From: a virus
IMG/VR virus record: IMGVR_UViG_3300010354_000044
Location: 107,985 to 171,984 of that record
Length of the DNA: 64,000 nt
Direction: 5' to 3' (one strand)
Below the pieces are notes generated by a model. It had not been told where the DNA came from. It did not search any database and worked only from the letters and a program-made list of their open reading frames with translations. Positions 8,805 to 16,891 of this stretch are shown here, in pieces (the stretch's first letter is position 1; every line of letters starts with the position of its first letter). The translations under genes and the position numbers were made by a program.

Positions 8805-9229
8805 ATGCTGGACTACCTAGCAATATGGTAATAGGTTTAATTCTACCTCTGCGGCTAATCAGCCTAGGCTATCCAGCAGGGAATTGGTTTATTGATTTTA
8901 GCCCTCAAGCATGCTTACTAGCTAAGGTAGACTGGCCTGAGTTCTTCCGTCAGACAGGTATTCAGTTAATCCCGGAAACTTTCGGGGAAAGATTCCTCTT
9001 CCGTGATTTGCAGAGAGGTACCTTAGAGCTTAATGAAATCCTGGACGCTTTGGCCACACCAGTACACGGCCTTACTGGGGTTATTGTGCGGCTTGATGTA
9101 GCGAAACTCCCAGACGACAAAGCCTGTTATAAATACCAATGGACTTATTTCTATGGGTATTGCGAGACTTTTGCGGGGCTTGACGGCGTGCTCCAATCGC
9201 TGGTTGAAAAGGCCAGTCAAGGGCAGTAA
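8801..9229 (+). CDS. hypothetical protein
   Basis: ATGA overlap with upstream gene. Confidence 0.7.
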   Translation: MNAGLPSNMVIGLILPLRLISLGYPAGNWFIDFSPQACLLAKVDWPEFFRQTGIQLIPETFGERFLFRDLQRGTLELNEILDALATPVHGLTGVIVRLDVAKLPDDKACYKYQWTYFYGYCETFAGLDGVLQSLVEKASQGQ

Positions 9230-9243
9230 AATCTTTAGAACCC

Positions 9244-9582
9244 ATGGAATATATCTTCGGGACGTTTATAACAGGCGAAACGAGAATGGTTAATTACAAG
9301 ATACTAACAGGGCCCCTTGCAGGGGAGGTTGCTGAAGAGGGGCAAATCCTAGATTTGGATTATAAGGACTTGCCCTTTGACTGGAAGCTTATGATTGTTG
9401 AATGGGCGGACGAGAACCCTAAATACAAACGTATAGCCCCCCTTTCCTACCAGCAGTCACAAAGCGGACATCTAGTGCTTTTGGATGACATTAAGTCCGA
9501 CTACGAGACTAGCTGGCAGACTAAAGAGACGGATAGTCCTCCTACTATACAGCCCGCTTCTAAGTGGGTGACTCAAGATTGA
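9244..9582 (+). CDS. hypothetical protein
   Basis: 112-aa ORF. Confidence 0.65.
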   Translation: MEYIFGTFITGETRMVNYKILTGPLAGEVAEEGQILDLDYKDLPFDWKLMIVEWADENPKYKRIAPLSYQQSQSGHLVLLDDIKSDYETSWQTKETDSPPTIQPASKWVTQD

Positions 9583-9605
9583 TAACCCTTTAACATTTTT
9601 ACACC

Positions 9606-9824
9606 ATGCTTGCACCAGCTATTTTACTTTTTGAAATCTACCCCAAGACCTACGTTAATCTCCGCGAGATTGCATCTATTGAGCGTGATCTTAATGACGC
9701 GACTATTTACTTATCAAACGGGAGGACTTATTGCGTTAGCCTTGGAATTCTTGAACTTATCATAAAAGAGATGACTGTAATTTCTCCTCGTGAGCCTGGC
9801 AAACGCCCGTCGGCAATAGGGTAG
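9606..9824 (+). CDS. small beta-rich hypothetical protein
   Basis: YVNLREIASIE...IYLSNG, a LytTR/FlbD-like pattern. Confidence 0.6.
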   Translation: MLAPAILLFEIYPKTYVNLREIASIERDLNDATIYLSNGRTYCVSLGILELIIKEMTVISPREPGKRPSAIG

Positions 9825-9888
9825 CAGCTAAATCAAGACGGAAAGGTAGAATATTGATCTGCCCCTAACAAACAAAGGTTCTTATGAT

Positions 9889-10188
9889 ATGGAACAAGGT
9901 AACCCAGCCAACTACGATCCAAATCGAGTAAGGCCGCATATGTGCGCTGTATGCCCCCACCGTGAAGGGTCGCCACTAGCTTCTCTGGTACCAAAATTAA
10001 TAGAGGTGGCGCTTACGGAAGCAAACCACTTCTGTCATCTTGAACAAACCCAAGGGCTTGATCCCACTATCCTGTGCCGCGGAACCCGGAAGTTGCAAAT
10101 AGAGTTTTTCACTACCTTGGGTGTTCTAGACGAACCTACGGATGAGTGCTGGGAGCGTACATTAAAGGCCCTACAAGATTCCGAATAG
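9889..10188 (+). CDS. Cys-rich putative Zn-binding protein
   Basis: CxxCP...FCH...LCRG. Confidence 0.7.
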   Translation: MEQGNPANYDPNRVRPHMCAVCPHREGSPLASLVPKLIEVALTEANHFCHLEQTQGLDPTILCRGTRKLQIEFFTTLGVLDEPTDECWERTLKALQDSE

Positions 10189-10246
10189 TTTGCTTATCAG
10201 AAAAACAACAGAACAGGATTAACTCACTATTTACGGGACGTTACCT

Positions 10247-10762
10247 ATGAACAATGAAGAAATTTATAATACTTTAAACGCCTGGCTCTATAAAGAGATG
10301 TCCCTTACCAAACAGGAAATTGTTAAAATCCTTCATAGTTCTTTAAATGCCTGGGAGTATAAAGGGATGGATCTTACCAAAGAGGACATTGTTGCTATGC
10401 GGAAGCAGTGGGAGGCAATTAAGTTTGATACTCCCGAGTTCTTGCAAAATAGGATTGATAAAAAATTTGCTCACATCGCTCACATCCAAGCCCCCAAAAG
10501 CTTTGCGAGTCACGATAATCTTGAATGCTTTGTTCACGATGTAAACGAGGCGCTAGAACGCTTTGCACCTGAATTCCTACGTGGCACCTATAAAAAGGTG
10601 AAATCACAGTATGTTTACGAAAAGGATGATCTTAAGATATCTGCGAAACACATCTACGAGGGTATTTACGTTCTTGTAATATGGAAAGAAGGCGAATATA
10701 TAAGTTCTGATATACAGGGTGCCGTTTCTAAATGGGCAGAGGATTACCATTATCATGAATAA
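10247..10762 (+). CDS. hypothetical protein
   Basis: 171-aa ORF with internal repeat (LNAWLYKEMSLTKQEIV / LNAWEYKGMDLTKEDIV). Confidence 0.75.
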   Translation: MNNEEIYNTLNAWLYKEMSLTKQEIVKILHSSLNAWEYKGMDLTKEDIVAMRKQWEAIKFDTPEFLQNRIDKKFAHIAHIQAPKSFASHDNLECFVHDVNEALERFAPEFLRGTYKKVKSQYVYEKDDLKISAKHIYEGIYVLVIWKEGEYISSDIQGAVSKWAEDYHYHE

Positions 10763-11006
10763 GGAGGCGTTCACAAGCGCTGTCCACGAAAAGATCGGCT
10801 ACCATGCCGGTGATGAAATTATGCCCGATGGTGGGGGTTTTTATTATTTCCGATGGAACCGAAGACAAACGGACAACAACCTAATTGTTGGCTATAAACC
10901 CAACAAACCAGAGGTTAGGTGGCTTGTTTACGAAAGTACCAAACCCATCAAGCTTGGATGGGGTCCGACCATAGATGCCGCTTTTACAAAAGCAGGATTA
11001 TCATGA
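10755..11006 (+). CDS. hypothetical protein
   Basis: ATG10755 overlaps the upstream stop. Confidence 0.65.
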   Translation: MNKEAFTSAVHEKIGYHAGDEIMPDGGGFYYFRWNRRQTDNNLIVGYKPNKPEVRWLVYESTKPIKLGWGPTIDAAFTKAGLS

Positions 11007-11617
11007 ACTATGACCAACTTACAGCAACACAGCTACGACTGTTTAACTTAATATCCCACGTCCATTCTTGGCAGCATCTCGCTCAGCTACCCGACCAAAT
11101 TGCGGAAGCTCTTATTCATTTAGCATTTGCGAATAGGGGTTCTGGCTACCCAGCTATTGCCGCTAGGTATAAGCTCGAGCGACTAGCCTCTATGTCTCAT
11201 TCCGAAATTATTCAAGCCTGGGACAAGTTAAACGATACACATTCTTCCTCTAGGATTACTGCCAAAAAGATCAAATTCTATGTAGAGGATGTTTATAGTG
11301 ATAATGGGGTTCAGTATATTCAGGAAGCCTATGAGTTCCCTAATGGGCTGATTATGTCTTTATTACCACCAAACTTCACTTATTTCTATCCTGACAGGAT
11401 TAGGTTACGTGCAGAGCGCGTAATTGAGACTGAAGATACTATCACTTTCACTCCTCACAAACTCCACCAGGCTTTAACCGACAGCATCAGTACATTTGAT
11501 CAGGACCACATAACAGAAGAACTAGCGTTTTTAGTCAACCAATTGATCAACGACTACTTCGCAGCCAAATCCCGCCCCATTACCCCTAAACCTAAAACCG
11601 GCAGCCTGCAATCTTAA
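11003..11617 (+). CDS. hypothetical protein
   Basis: ATGA overlap at 11003, AGGA RBS. Confidence 0.7.
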   Translation: MNYDQLTATQLRLFNLISHVHSWQHLAQLPDQIAEALIHLAFANRGSGYPAIAARYKLERLASMSHSEIIQAWDKLNDTHSSSRITAKKIKFYVEDVYSDNGVQYIQEAYEFPNGLIMSLLPPNFTYFYPDRIRLRAERVIETEDTITFTPHKLHQALTDSISTFDQDHITEELAFLVNQLINDYFAAKSRPITPKPKTGSLQS

Positions 11618-11674
11618 CAAAGTTAAAAACCTGTAACCGCAGCGATATGTATTCCTGTCTCGGCCATTCTATTC

Positions 11675-12091
11675 GTGTCCGCCATGAGTAATGTCAATCC
11701 TTCCCCTAAAGCCCTCTTTATCTCTCCTGATGGCAAAGTCTACCCCGACACCCTGATTTGTTCTGGAAGCTTACCCCCAGAACTGCAAGGTAAACCCTGT
11801 CCCTACTCTCAAAATGGGCGATTACCCGATCCGGTGCCTCTAAATCCAGATGACCCTGGCTATACTCCTGACAAAGGTAAACCTGGGGACTTATGCCCGC
11901 CTTGTGCTAAACAACAACTAGCCCACTTGGGGCATTGGCAGGGCCATGGCGGGCAATCCTTCCCTGAAGACCTATTACCGCTACGCCTATTCAAATGCCG
12001 AATGTGGTTTTGGCTAGTGGTGCCTGGTTTAGAAGATAACACCCCAACAGAACTGCTTTCTACGCCCCCCCCCTCTCCCCAGTACCCCTAA
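11675..12091 (+). CDS. Pro/Cys-rich conserved hypothetical protein, resembling a cyanobacterial family
   Basis: ISPDGKVYPD.LIC...CPPCAKQQL..LGHWQGHG...LRLFKCRMW; flanked by a direct repeat. Confidence 0.7.
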   Translation: MSAMSNVNPSPKALFISPDGKVYPDTLICSGSLPPELQGKPCPYSQNGRLPDPVPLNPDDPGYTPDKGKPGDLCPPCAKQQLAHLGHWQGHGGQSFPEDLLPLRLFKCRMWFWLVVPGLEDNTPTELLSTPPPSPQYP

Positions 12092-12118
12092 AACCGGCAG
12101 TTTGCATCATTAACTTTT

Positions 12119-12150
12119 AACTTGCAATTTTGCAAGTTATGTAGTAGTAT
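12119..12150 (+). promoter_or_regulatory. sigma70-type promoter overlapped by a palindromic operator
   Basis: TTGCAA(12122-12127)-N17-TAGTAT(12145-12150); perfect IR AACTTGCAA-TT-TTGCAAGTT 12119-12138. Confidence 0.65.
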
Positions 12151-12157
12151 GCTAAAT

Positions 12158-12209
12158 GGGCATAGCAACTTCCTTAACTTTGAAATTTGGCCATACCTAG
12201 TTGCCGCCC
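12158..12209 (+). ncRNA. structured RNA repeat unit 1 (stem-AUA/C internal loop-6-bp stem-UCCUU loop)
   Basis: GGGC-ATA-GCAACT-TCCTT..N..T-AGTTGC-C-GCCC. Confidence 0.7.
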
Positions 12210-12221
12210 TTTAAACATTTA

Positions 12222-12274
12222 ACCCGCATAAAGCATTCCTTTAAAACTATTTGGGATAACTATGCTTCGCGGGT
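12222..12274 (+). ncRNA. structured RNA repeat unit 2
   Basis: ACCCGC-ATA-AAGCAT-TCCTT..N..T-ATGCTT-C-GCGGGT; compensatory changes relative to units 1 and 3. Confidence 0.7.
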
Positions 12275-12292
12275 GGCTACTACCCGACTAGA

Positions 12293-12366
12293 CGGGGCAT
12301 AGCGCAGTTTGGTAGCGCGCCTGCTTTGGGAGCAGGATGCCGCAGGTTCAAATCCTGCTGTCCCGA
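12293..12366 (+). tRNA. trnP: tRNA-Pro(TGG)
   Basis: Cloverleaf: acceptor CGGGGCA/TGTCCCG, D-arm with TGG, anticodon arm CCTGC-TTTGGGA-GCAGG, T-loop GTTCAAATC; CCA not encoded. Confidence 0.96.
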
Positions 12367-12369
12367 TTA

Positions 12370-12425
12370 AGTCGCATAGCAACTTCCTTTTCCGTAATTC
12401 CTACCTACCCTTAGTTGCCGCGACT
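12370..12425 (+). ncRNA. structured RNA repeat unit 3
   Basis: AGTCGC-ATA-GCAACT-TCCTT..N..T-AGTTGC-C-GCGACT. Confidence 0.7.
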
Positions 12426-12448
12426 ACCATTATTAAGGAGGCCCGATT

Positions 12449-14281
12449 ATGACTAAGCTAGATACCCGTTTAATCAGGTGCGCCTTGGACTACTTCAAGT
12501 GCGTTCCGTTGTCAGATGACAATGAAGTCGCTGAAGAGCCCGTACTTATTAAGAACCGCGGTATTGTGCTGCACCCTACTGCGGTGTACGCGGAAAAGGT
12601 AGTAGAAAATTGGCTGAGCAACTCCCCTAACGGGGAACAGATGAATAAGACCTTCTATACCTCCTGGCGGGAGTGCCTGGCGGTCTCAACCAAGCAGCAT
12701 ATGCTCAACCAATTTGTACACTACATTACCGCGTATCTTAACGACCGGGGGCTTAGTGATGAGATTATTGTTCCCCGCAATGAACAAGACATTGCTGCAG
12801 ATCTGCGTCTGCAGGTTATTAGAGGGGTATCACTTGACGAATTGGTAATTAGGGCCCACAAGACCCTCTGTCAGAACATCGCCCATCCTCAAGAGGTTAT
12901 AGAAGACCTGTTATATATTCTTGAGTGCGGCGAATTTGCCTGGAATGAGGAGGAATTGGCCAAGGTCACTAACCGAGAAGCTCGGTATCAAATCTTTAAG
13001 CTGCTGGGTCTATACCCTAGTGAAGCAGAGGAGCTAACCAAGTACCTCTTTTTCCTAGCCACCAGCGATTCCTTAATTATCGGCAACAAGCAGTATATCC
13101 AAAGCCTAAGGACATCTAATTACGTCTTGAAGCTAACCCAAGAGCAGATTGACTTAGTAGCCGAGTGCTTCCATCGGTTCAAGAACCTATGGCTGGCGCT
13201 TAAGAAAGCTTCCAGCGCAAATCCCAAAGTGGTTAATACCATATCGCGGAGAGCTAAAGAGCTGCATATACCTAAAAAGCTGCCGGCTATCAAAACTGTG
13301 ACTTCGGGCACGTTCTCTAGTAGTGAATTGGAGGACCTAGGTCGTCGGTCTTCTATCAAAGACCTTGTTACAGCTATTAATGCACTGAAGCTGTACCAGG
13401 ATACAGACAGACGGTTCTTCCGTGTCCGAAATGGTAGAGGTTGGGCTACTAAGGCTATGGAAGGGGTGTTAGGTATGCCAGTTAACGACCGGAAGGCTCA
13501 ATGGTGTGCCTATGAGAAGACACTGCTTGCAATTCTTAAGGAGAAAGTTGCTGCAAAGGGTTTGCGGGTGTACTGTCCTGATTACGTGGACTATAGCTTC
13601 CCGACCAGTCGGAAGCAGATGGTTGGTAACATCCCTGTAGGAACTAAGGTGAATGTGCCCAAAGATTCTAGAAATTCCATTGTAGGTATCTATTGGGAAA
13701 ATCAAGAAGATGCCCGAGTGGACCTAGACCTTACCGCTCATCATATGAGTGGTGAAGTAGTAGGGTGGTATACCCGTCATAGAAGTGCGCAAGTGCCCCT
13801 AGTTTATTCTGGAGACATTACCAGCGGGCCTGCGGCGGAGTATGTTTACCGCAGCCCTTCTTGTACCGATCCTTTCCTATTAGCAGTAACCCACTTTGAA
13901 GGACCTTTGGAAAACCTGCGGTTCCATTTGATCATTGGGCATGAGCTAGAGGAAGCTAAACATAGCATTAATCCAAATAATGTTTTATTTAGCCTGCCGC
14001 TGACTATGGCAAGTAAACAAAGCTGCTTAGGGCTACTAACTCAGTCAGCAGAAGGTCTAACCTTCTTTGTCAACAACGTAGGGATTGGAAACCAGCGGGT
14101 AACCCGAGCGTGCGAAAAGATAGAAACTATTTTGATGCATGCATTAGCTAGTTCTAATACTGGCCTTAAGTTGCGTGACTTAAAGGATGTAATTGAGTTT
14201 GTAGACGAACCAGATTCAAACAGTATAAACCTATCCCCGAGCGAATTGATGGTTGACTCCTTCAACTGCTTTGTGGATTAA
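12449..14281 (+). CDS. large helical protein with C-terminal TerD-like domain (candidate RNA-binding partner of the upstream RNAs)
   Basis: 610 aa, AAGGAGG RBS; C-terminal GIYWEN...VDLDL...YSGDITSGP..AEY are TerD-like motifs. Confidence 0.6.
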   Translation: MTKLDTRLIRCALDYFKCVPLSDDNEVAEEPVLIKNRGIVLHPTAVYAEKVVENWLSNSPNGEQMNKTFYTSWRECLAVSTKQHMLNQFVHYITAYLNDRGLSDEIIVPRNEQDIAADLRLQVIRGVSLDELVIRAHKTLCQNIAHPQEVIEDLLYILECGEFAWNEEELAKVTNREARYQIFKLLGLYPSEAEELTKYLFFLATSDSLIIGNKQYIQSLRTSNYVLKLTQEQIDLVAECFHRFKNLWLALKKASSANPKVVNTISRRAKELHIPKKLPAIKTVTSGTFSSSELEDLGRRSSIKDLVTAINALKLYQDTDRRFFRVRNGRGWATKAMEGVLGMPVNDRKAQWCAYEKTLLAILKEKVAAKGLRVYCPDYVDYSFPTSRKQMVGNIPVGTKVNVPKDSRNSIVGIYWENQEDARVDLDLTAHHMSGEVVGWYTRHRSAQVPLVYSGDITSGPAAEYVYRSPSCTDPFLLAVTHFEGPLENLRFHLIIGHELEEAKHSINPNNVLFSLPLTMASKQSCLGLLTQSAEGLTFFVNNVGIGNQRVTRACEKIETILMHALASSNTGLKLRDLKDVIEFVDEPDSNSINLSPSELMVDSFNCFVD

Positions 14282-14283
14282 GG

Positions 14284-14394
14284 CTTAGCGCGGTCGCTAC
14301 ACGGACAAGCGCTAAGAAGGCGGGGGTTTCCCTCCTTACCCCGCCTTTTTTAATACGAAACATGAGCCGAGGCCTCCTCGGCTTGTGTCTTTTT
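14284..14394 (+). terminator. three consecutive hairpins including two terminator-like stems
   Basis: CTTAGCGC/GCGCTAAG; AAGGCGGGG/CCCCGCCTT + T-run; GAGCCGAGG/CCTCGGCTT + T-run. Confidence 0.7.
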
Positions 14395-14455
14395 ATCGCC
14401 ATTTCCTAACTAATATGTTATATTAAAAAATACAGCAGTCTAAGCTGCCCTCGAC

Positions 14456-15091
14456 ATGAAAAGAGCCAAGAATTGGGATTTCAATTCATCCTCAAATCCC
14501 CAACACATTCCTACTCCAGCGGCGCCTGCTACTGAAAGTAGAGAAAGGTTGACTACTAAAGCTGAGAGTGTACCTAAGAGAATAACACAAGGGCCCCTTA
14601 CCTTATATCCGGAAAGAATTACTAATACTAATGTGAAACCACGCCTAGCCATAGAACTAACTCGTAGGCAGCAAGTGCATGTCGTTGCTGCAGTTGTTGG
14701 TGTATTGGCATTAGTGGCTGCCGGCTCAAGCTTAGTAACCCGCAGCATCCAGAGTACGTCACCTACGGGCGATGCTATGGCTGAGTTTAACTGTGTATCT
14801 ACTAACAATGTAGACCCCACAGGGATTCAAACATTGTATAACGTACAATCTCAGGTCTTGGCAGCTAGAACCCCCAGGGATGTCCTTGGAGACCCCGGGT
14901 GTACATTAGCTAAAGAGGTCGCGTCACCTACCTTAGCTTCTCAGGTCCTTTTGTATGAAACCGATAGACTTGACGTAGTGCTGGCGGTTGTTGTAACCGA
15001 AAGTGCTGGTAAGTTCTTTGTACAAGATACGTTCTTTACAGACGGCTTTACAAGAATTGAAGTACAGCAAAGCCAGGGAGAATCACTGTGA
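14456..15091 (+). CDS. single-TM membrane protein
   Basis: Hydrophobic helix VVAAVVGVLALVAAG. Confidence 0.7.
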   Translation: MKRAKNWDFNSSSNPQHIPTPAAPATESRERLTTKAESVPKRITQGPLTLYPERITNTNVKPRLAIELTRRQQVHVVAAVVGVLALVAAGSSLVTRSIQSTSPTGDAMAEFNCVSTNNVDPTGIQTLYNVQSQVLAARTPRDVLGDPGCTLAKEVASPTLASQVLLYETDRLDVVLAVVVTESAGKFFVQDTFFTDGFTRIEVQQSQGESL

Positions 15092-15660
15092 TTATAGCTA
15101 TAGCAGGGCCCCATAGCAGTGGTAAGGATACTATTGCCGCTTTCTTAAAACCTTACGGCTTCAAAAGAATATCGTATGCGGATGAGGTTTGCCGGTGCGT
15201 ATCCCATAAATACAAGCTCCCCTACGCCCGTCTTTTAGGCTTAAATCAAGAAGATAGACTTTGGCGCAGAACACCCCATACTAGCCTGGCTGTCCGTAAC
15301 GGCGCACATTTAACCCCCTTGGATGTTCTAAATATAGAAGGGGATGGCAGCCGAGAAGTACAGCCAGATGTTTGGGTAAAGCACCTGCTGGATGTTATTG
15401 ACAAAGATCCCCAAAGTAACTGGGTGATTCCAGGTCTAAGGCGCTTGAATGAAGCACAAGCTGTTCTAGCAAGGGGAGGGCTACTTTGGTATGTTCATAA
15501 ACAGGGCCTTCCTTTAGGCCCTGAAGAGAAGGAACTCCCTTTTGTTAGGAATCTTGCTTCAGAGATTATTTATAACCAAGCAACCCTCTCTGACTTAGAG
15601 CAGACTGTAATGGGTCTAATATTAAAATTCAACATCCAGGGCGCAAATGCTACTTATTAG
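15088..15660 (+). CDS. deoxynucleoside monophosphate kinase
   Basis: IAIAGPHSSGKDT, SYAD, PDVWV, LRRLNEA, as in T4 gp1-like dNMP kinases. Confidence 0.85.
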   Translation: MIIAIAGPHSSGKDTIAAFLKPYGFKRISYADEVCRCVSHKYKLPYARLLGLNQEDRLWRRTPHTSLAVRNGAHLTPLDVLNIEGDGSREVQPDVWVKHLLDVIDKDPQSNWVIPGLRRLNEAQAVLARGGLLWYVHKQGLPLGPEEKELPFVRNLASEIIYNQATLSDLEQTVMGLILKFNIQGANATY

Positions 15661-15759
15661 TAGAGGCTTAAAAACGCCTCAAAAGCTGAGTGCTTTTGAG
15701 ATAGTCTGGTTTAAGCACACCAGAGATTACTTAGCTGTTAGTTATCGGCTGAAAAAGAA

Positions 15760-15960
15760 ATGTCAGAAGTAACCGTTCGTTATGTAGAGCGTGATCCAGA
15801 AGTAACCGTTCGTTATGTTGACCCTGCTACGTATGACGCTATGTGCCAGCTAGCCGCGCAGGGGTACAACGGCGATCAGATTGATGCAACCCTTGGCCTC
15901 CCTCCCATCCCCTCCCCCCAACCTCGGCAGACTACGCATGAGCAGCCCAATTATAACTAG
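15760..15960 (+). CDS. small protein with tandem EVTVRYV repeat
   Basis: 22-bp duplication at 15764-15785 / 15797-15818. Confidence 0.6.
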   Translation: MSEVTVRYVERDPEVTVRYVDPATYDAMCQLAAQGYNGDQIDATLGLPPIPSPQPRQTTHEQPNYN

Positions 15961-16312
15961 AGTCGCTTACCAAGCCTACCAACTTAGGTGGCCGGCAGGA
16001 CAGGGAAACACGGTCCTAGATATCTCGTTCTATAGATTTAACGAGCATTATAAATTAGATACCCTGCCTGCTCCTTATGTCCTGCAGCACTGGCAGGGTA
16101 AGCCAATTGGCTACCGACGGTTTGGGTATTACTGTTCATCGGCAGATACGTATTACTCTAACTACACAGAGATAATACACGAAACCATTTGCCAACCCCT
16201 AGAGCTGCCGGATTCTACAGTTTATAGGCCGGTAGCCGTTAACATTTTTTACGGGTCAAAGATTGAATATGATTCAGGAACAATTAAAGTGGTTGCCGCG
16301 CCCGAGCGTTAG
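15938..16312 (+). CDS. hypothetical protein
   Basis: ORF 15881..16312, probable start ATG15938. Confidence 0.6.
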   Translation: MSSPIITRVAYQAYQLRWPAGQGNTVLDISFYRFNEHYKLDTLPAPYVLQHWQGKPIGYRRFGYYCSSADTYYSNYTEIIHETICQPLELPDSTVYRPVAVNIFYGSKIEYDSGTIKVVAAPER

Positions 16313-16808
16313 AAACTCAGTTCTTATAACAGGTGCTGGCCTACTCGGATTTGTATTAATGACTCTAGTAACTTCCTCCGAAGGTACGCTGCAGGAATCC
16401 ACGTTAACAGAGCAGACCTTAAGCGCCTTAGGATATGTTAGAGGAGATATTACCCCTACAGTAAGCGTAGACGTACTTCCGGGTAGCATGCTTTTAAACT
16501 ACAAAGAGCCTGCTACTATCCATGCCTTAAGCAATGGGGTCATTACATTAGTACCAGGCTCCCCTAAATCTTATCGGCTGGAACTTATCAGCCCCTATGT
16601 AGTTCAGTTTCAACCCGAGGGCGGAAGTATAAAACTGATAAAAGACCGCTTTAAAGAAGGCGAACCTGTTTTGAAAGTAGAAGGAAGGATCGCAGTCACA
16701 ATTTATTATCGGCAAGCATCTAATGAGATTAAGCCGGTTATTACATCAGTTATTAACAACCCGCAAGAACATAAAGCTGTTATAGACTCGATTATTCCGA
16801 AACCGTAG
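16263..16808 (+). CDS. membrane-anchored protein
   Basis: N-terminal TM segment VLITGAGLLGFVLMTLV. Confidence 0.65.
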   Translation: MNMIQEQLKWLPRPSVRNSVLITGAGLLGFVLMTLVTSSEGTLQESTLTEQTLSALGYVRGDITPTVSVDVLPGSMLLNYKEPATIHALSNGVITLVPGSPKSYRLELISPYVVQFQPEGGSIKLIKDRFKEGEPVLKVEGRIAVTIYYRQASNEIKPVITSVINNPQEHKAVIDSIIPKP

Positions 16809-16852
16809 CGCATAGCTACAGAAACAGCGGCACATAGCTACAACAACACCTA

Positions 16853-16890
16853 AAAACCCGCCCCCGGAGTGTACTGCCGGGGGTTTTTGT
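16853..16890 (+). terminator. rho-independent terminator
   Basis: CCCCCGG/CCGGGGG stem followed by TTTTT. Confidence 0.7.
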
Positions 16891-16891
16891 A

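Noticed and set aside
12158-12425. CRISPR array
   Set aside because: Units are conserved in pairing rather than sequence, enclose their variable region inside a stem, and are interrupted by a tRNA; no cas operon is present.
15764-15818. 22-bp duplicate as a regulatory repeat
   Set aside because: The 33-bp period is in frame within a CDS and is explained as a peptide repeat.
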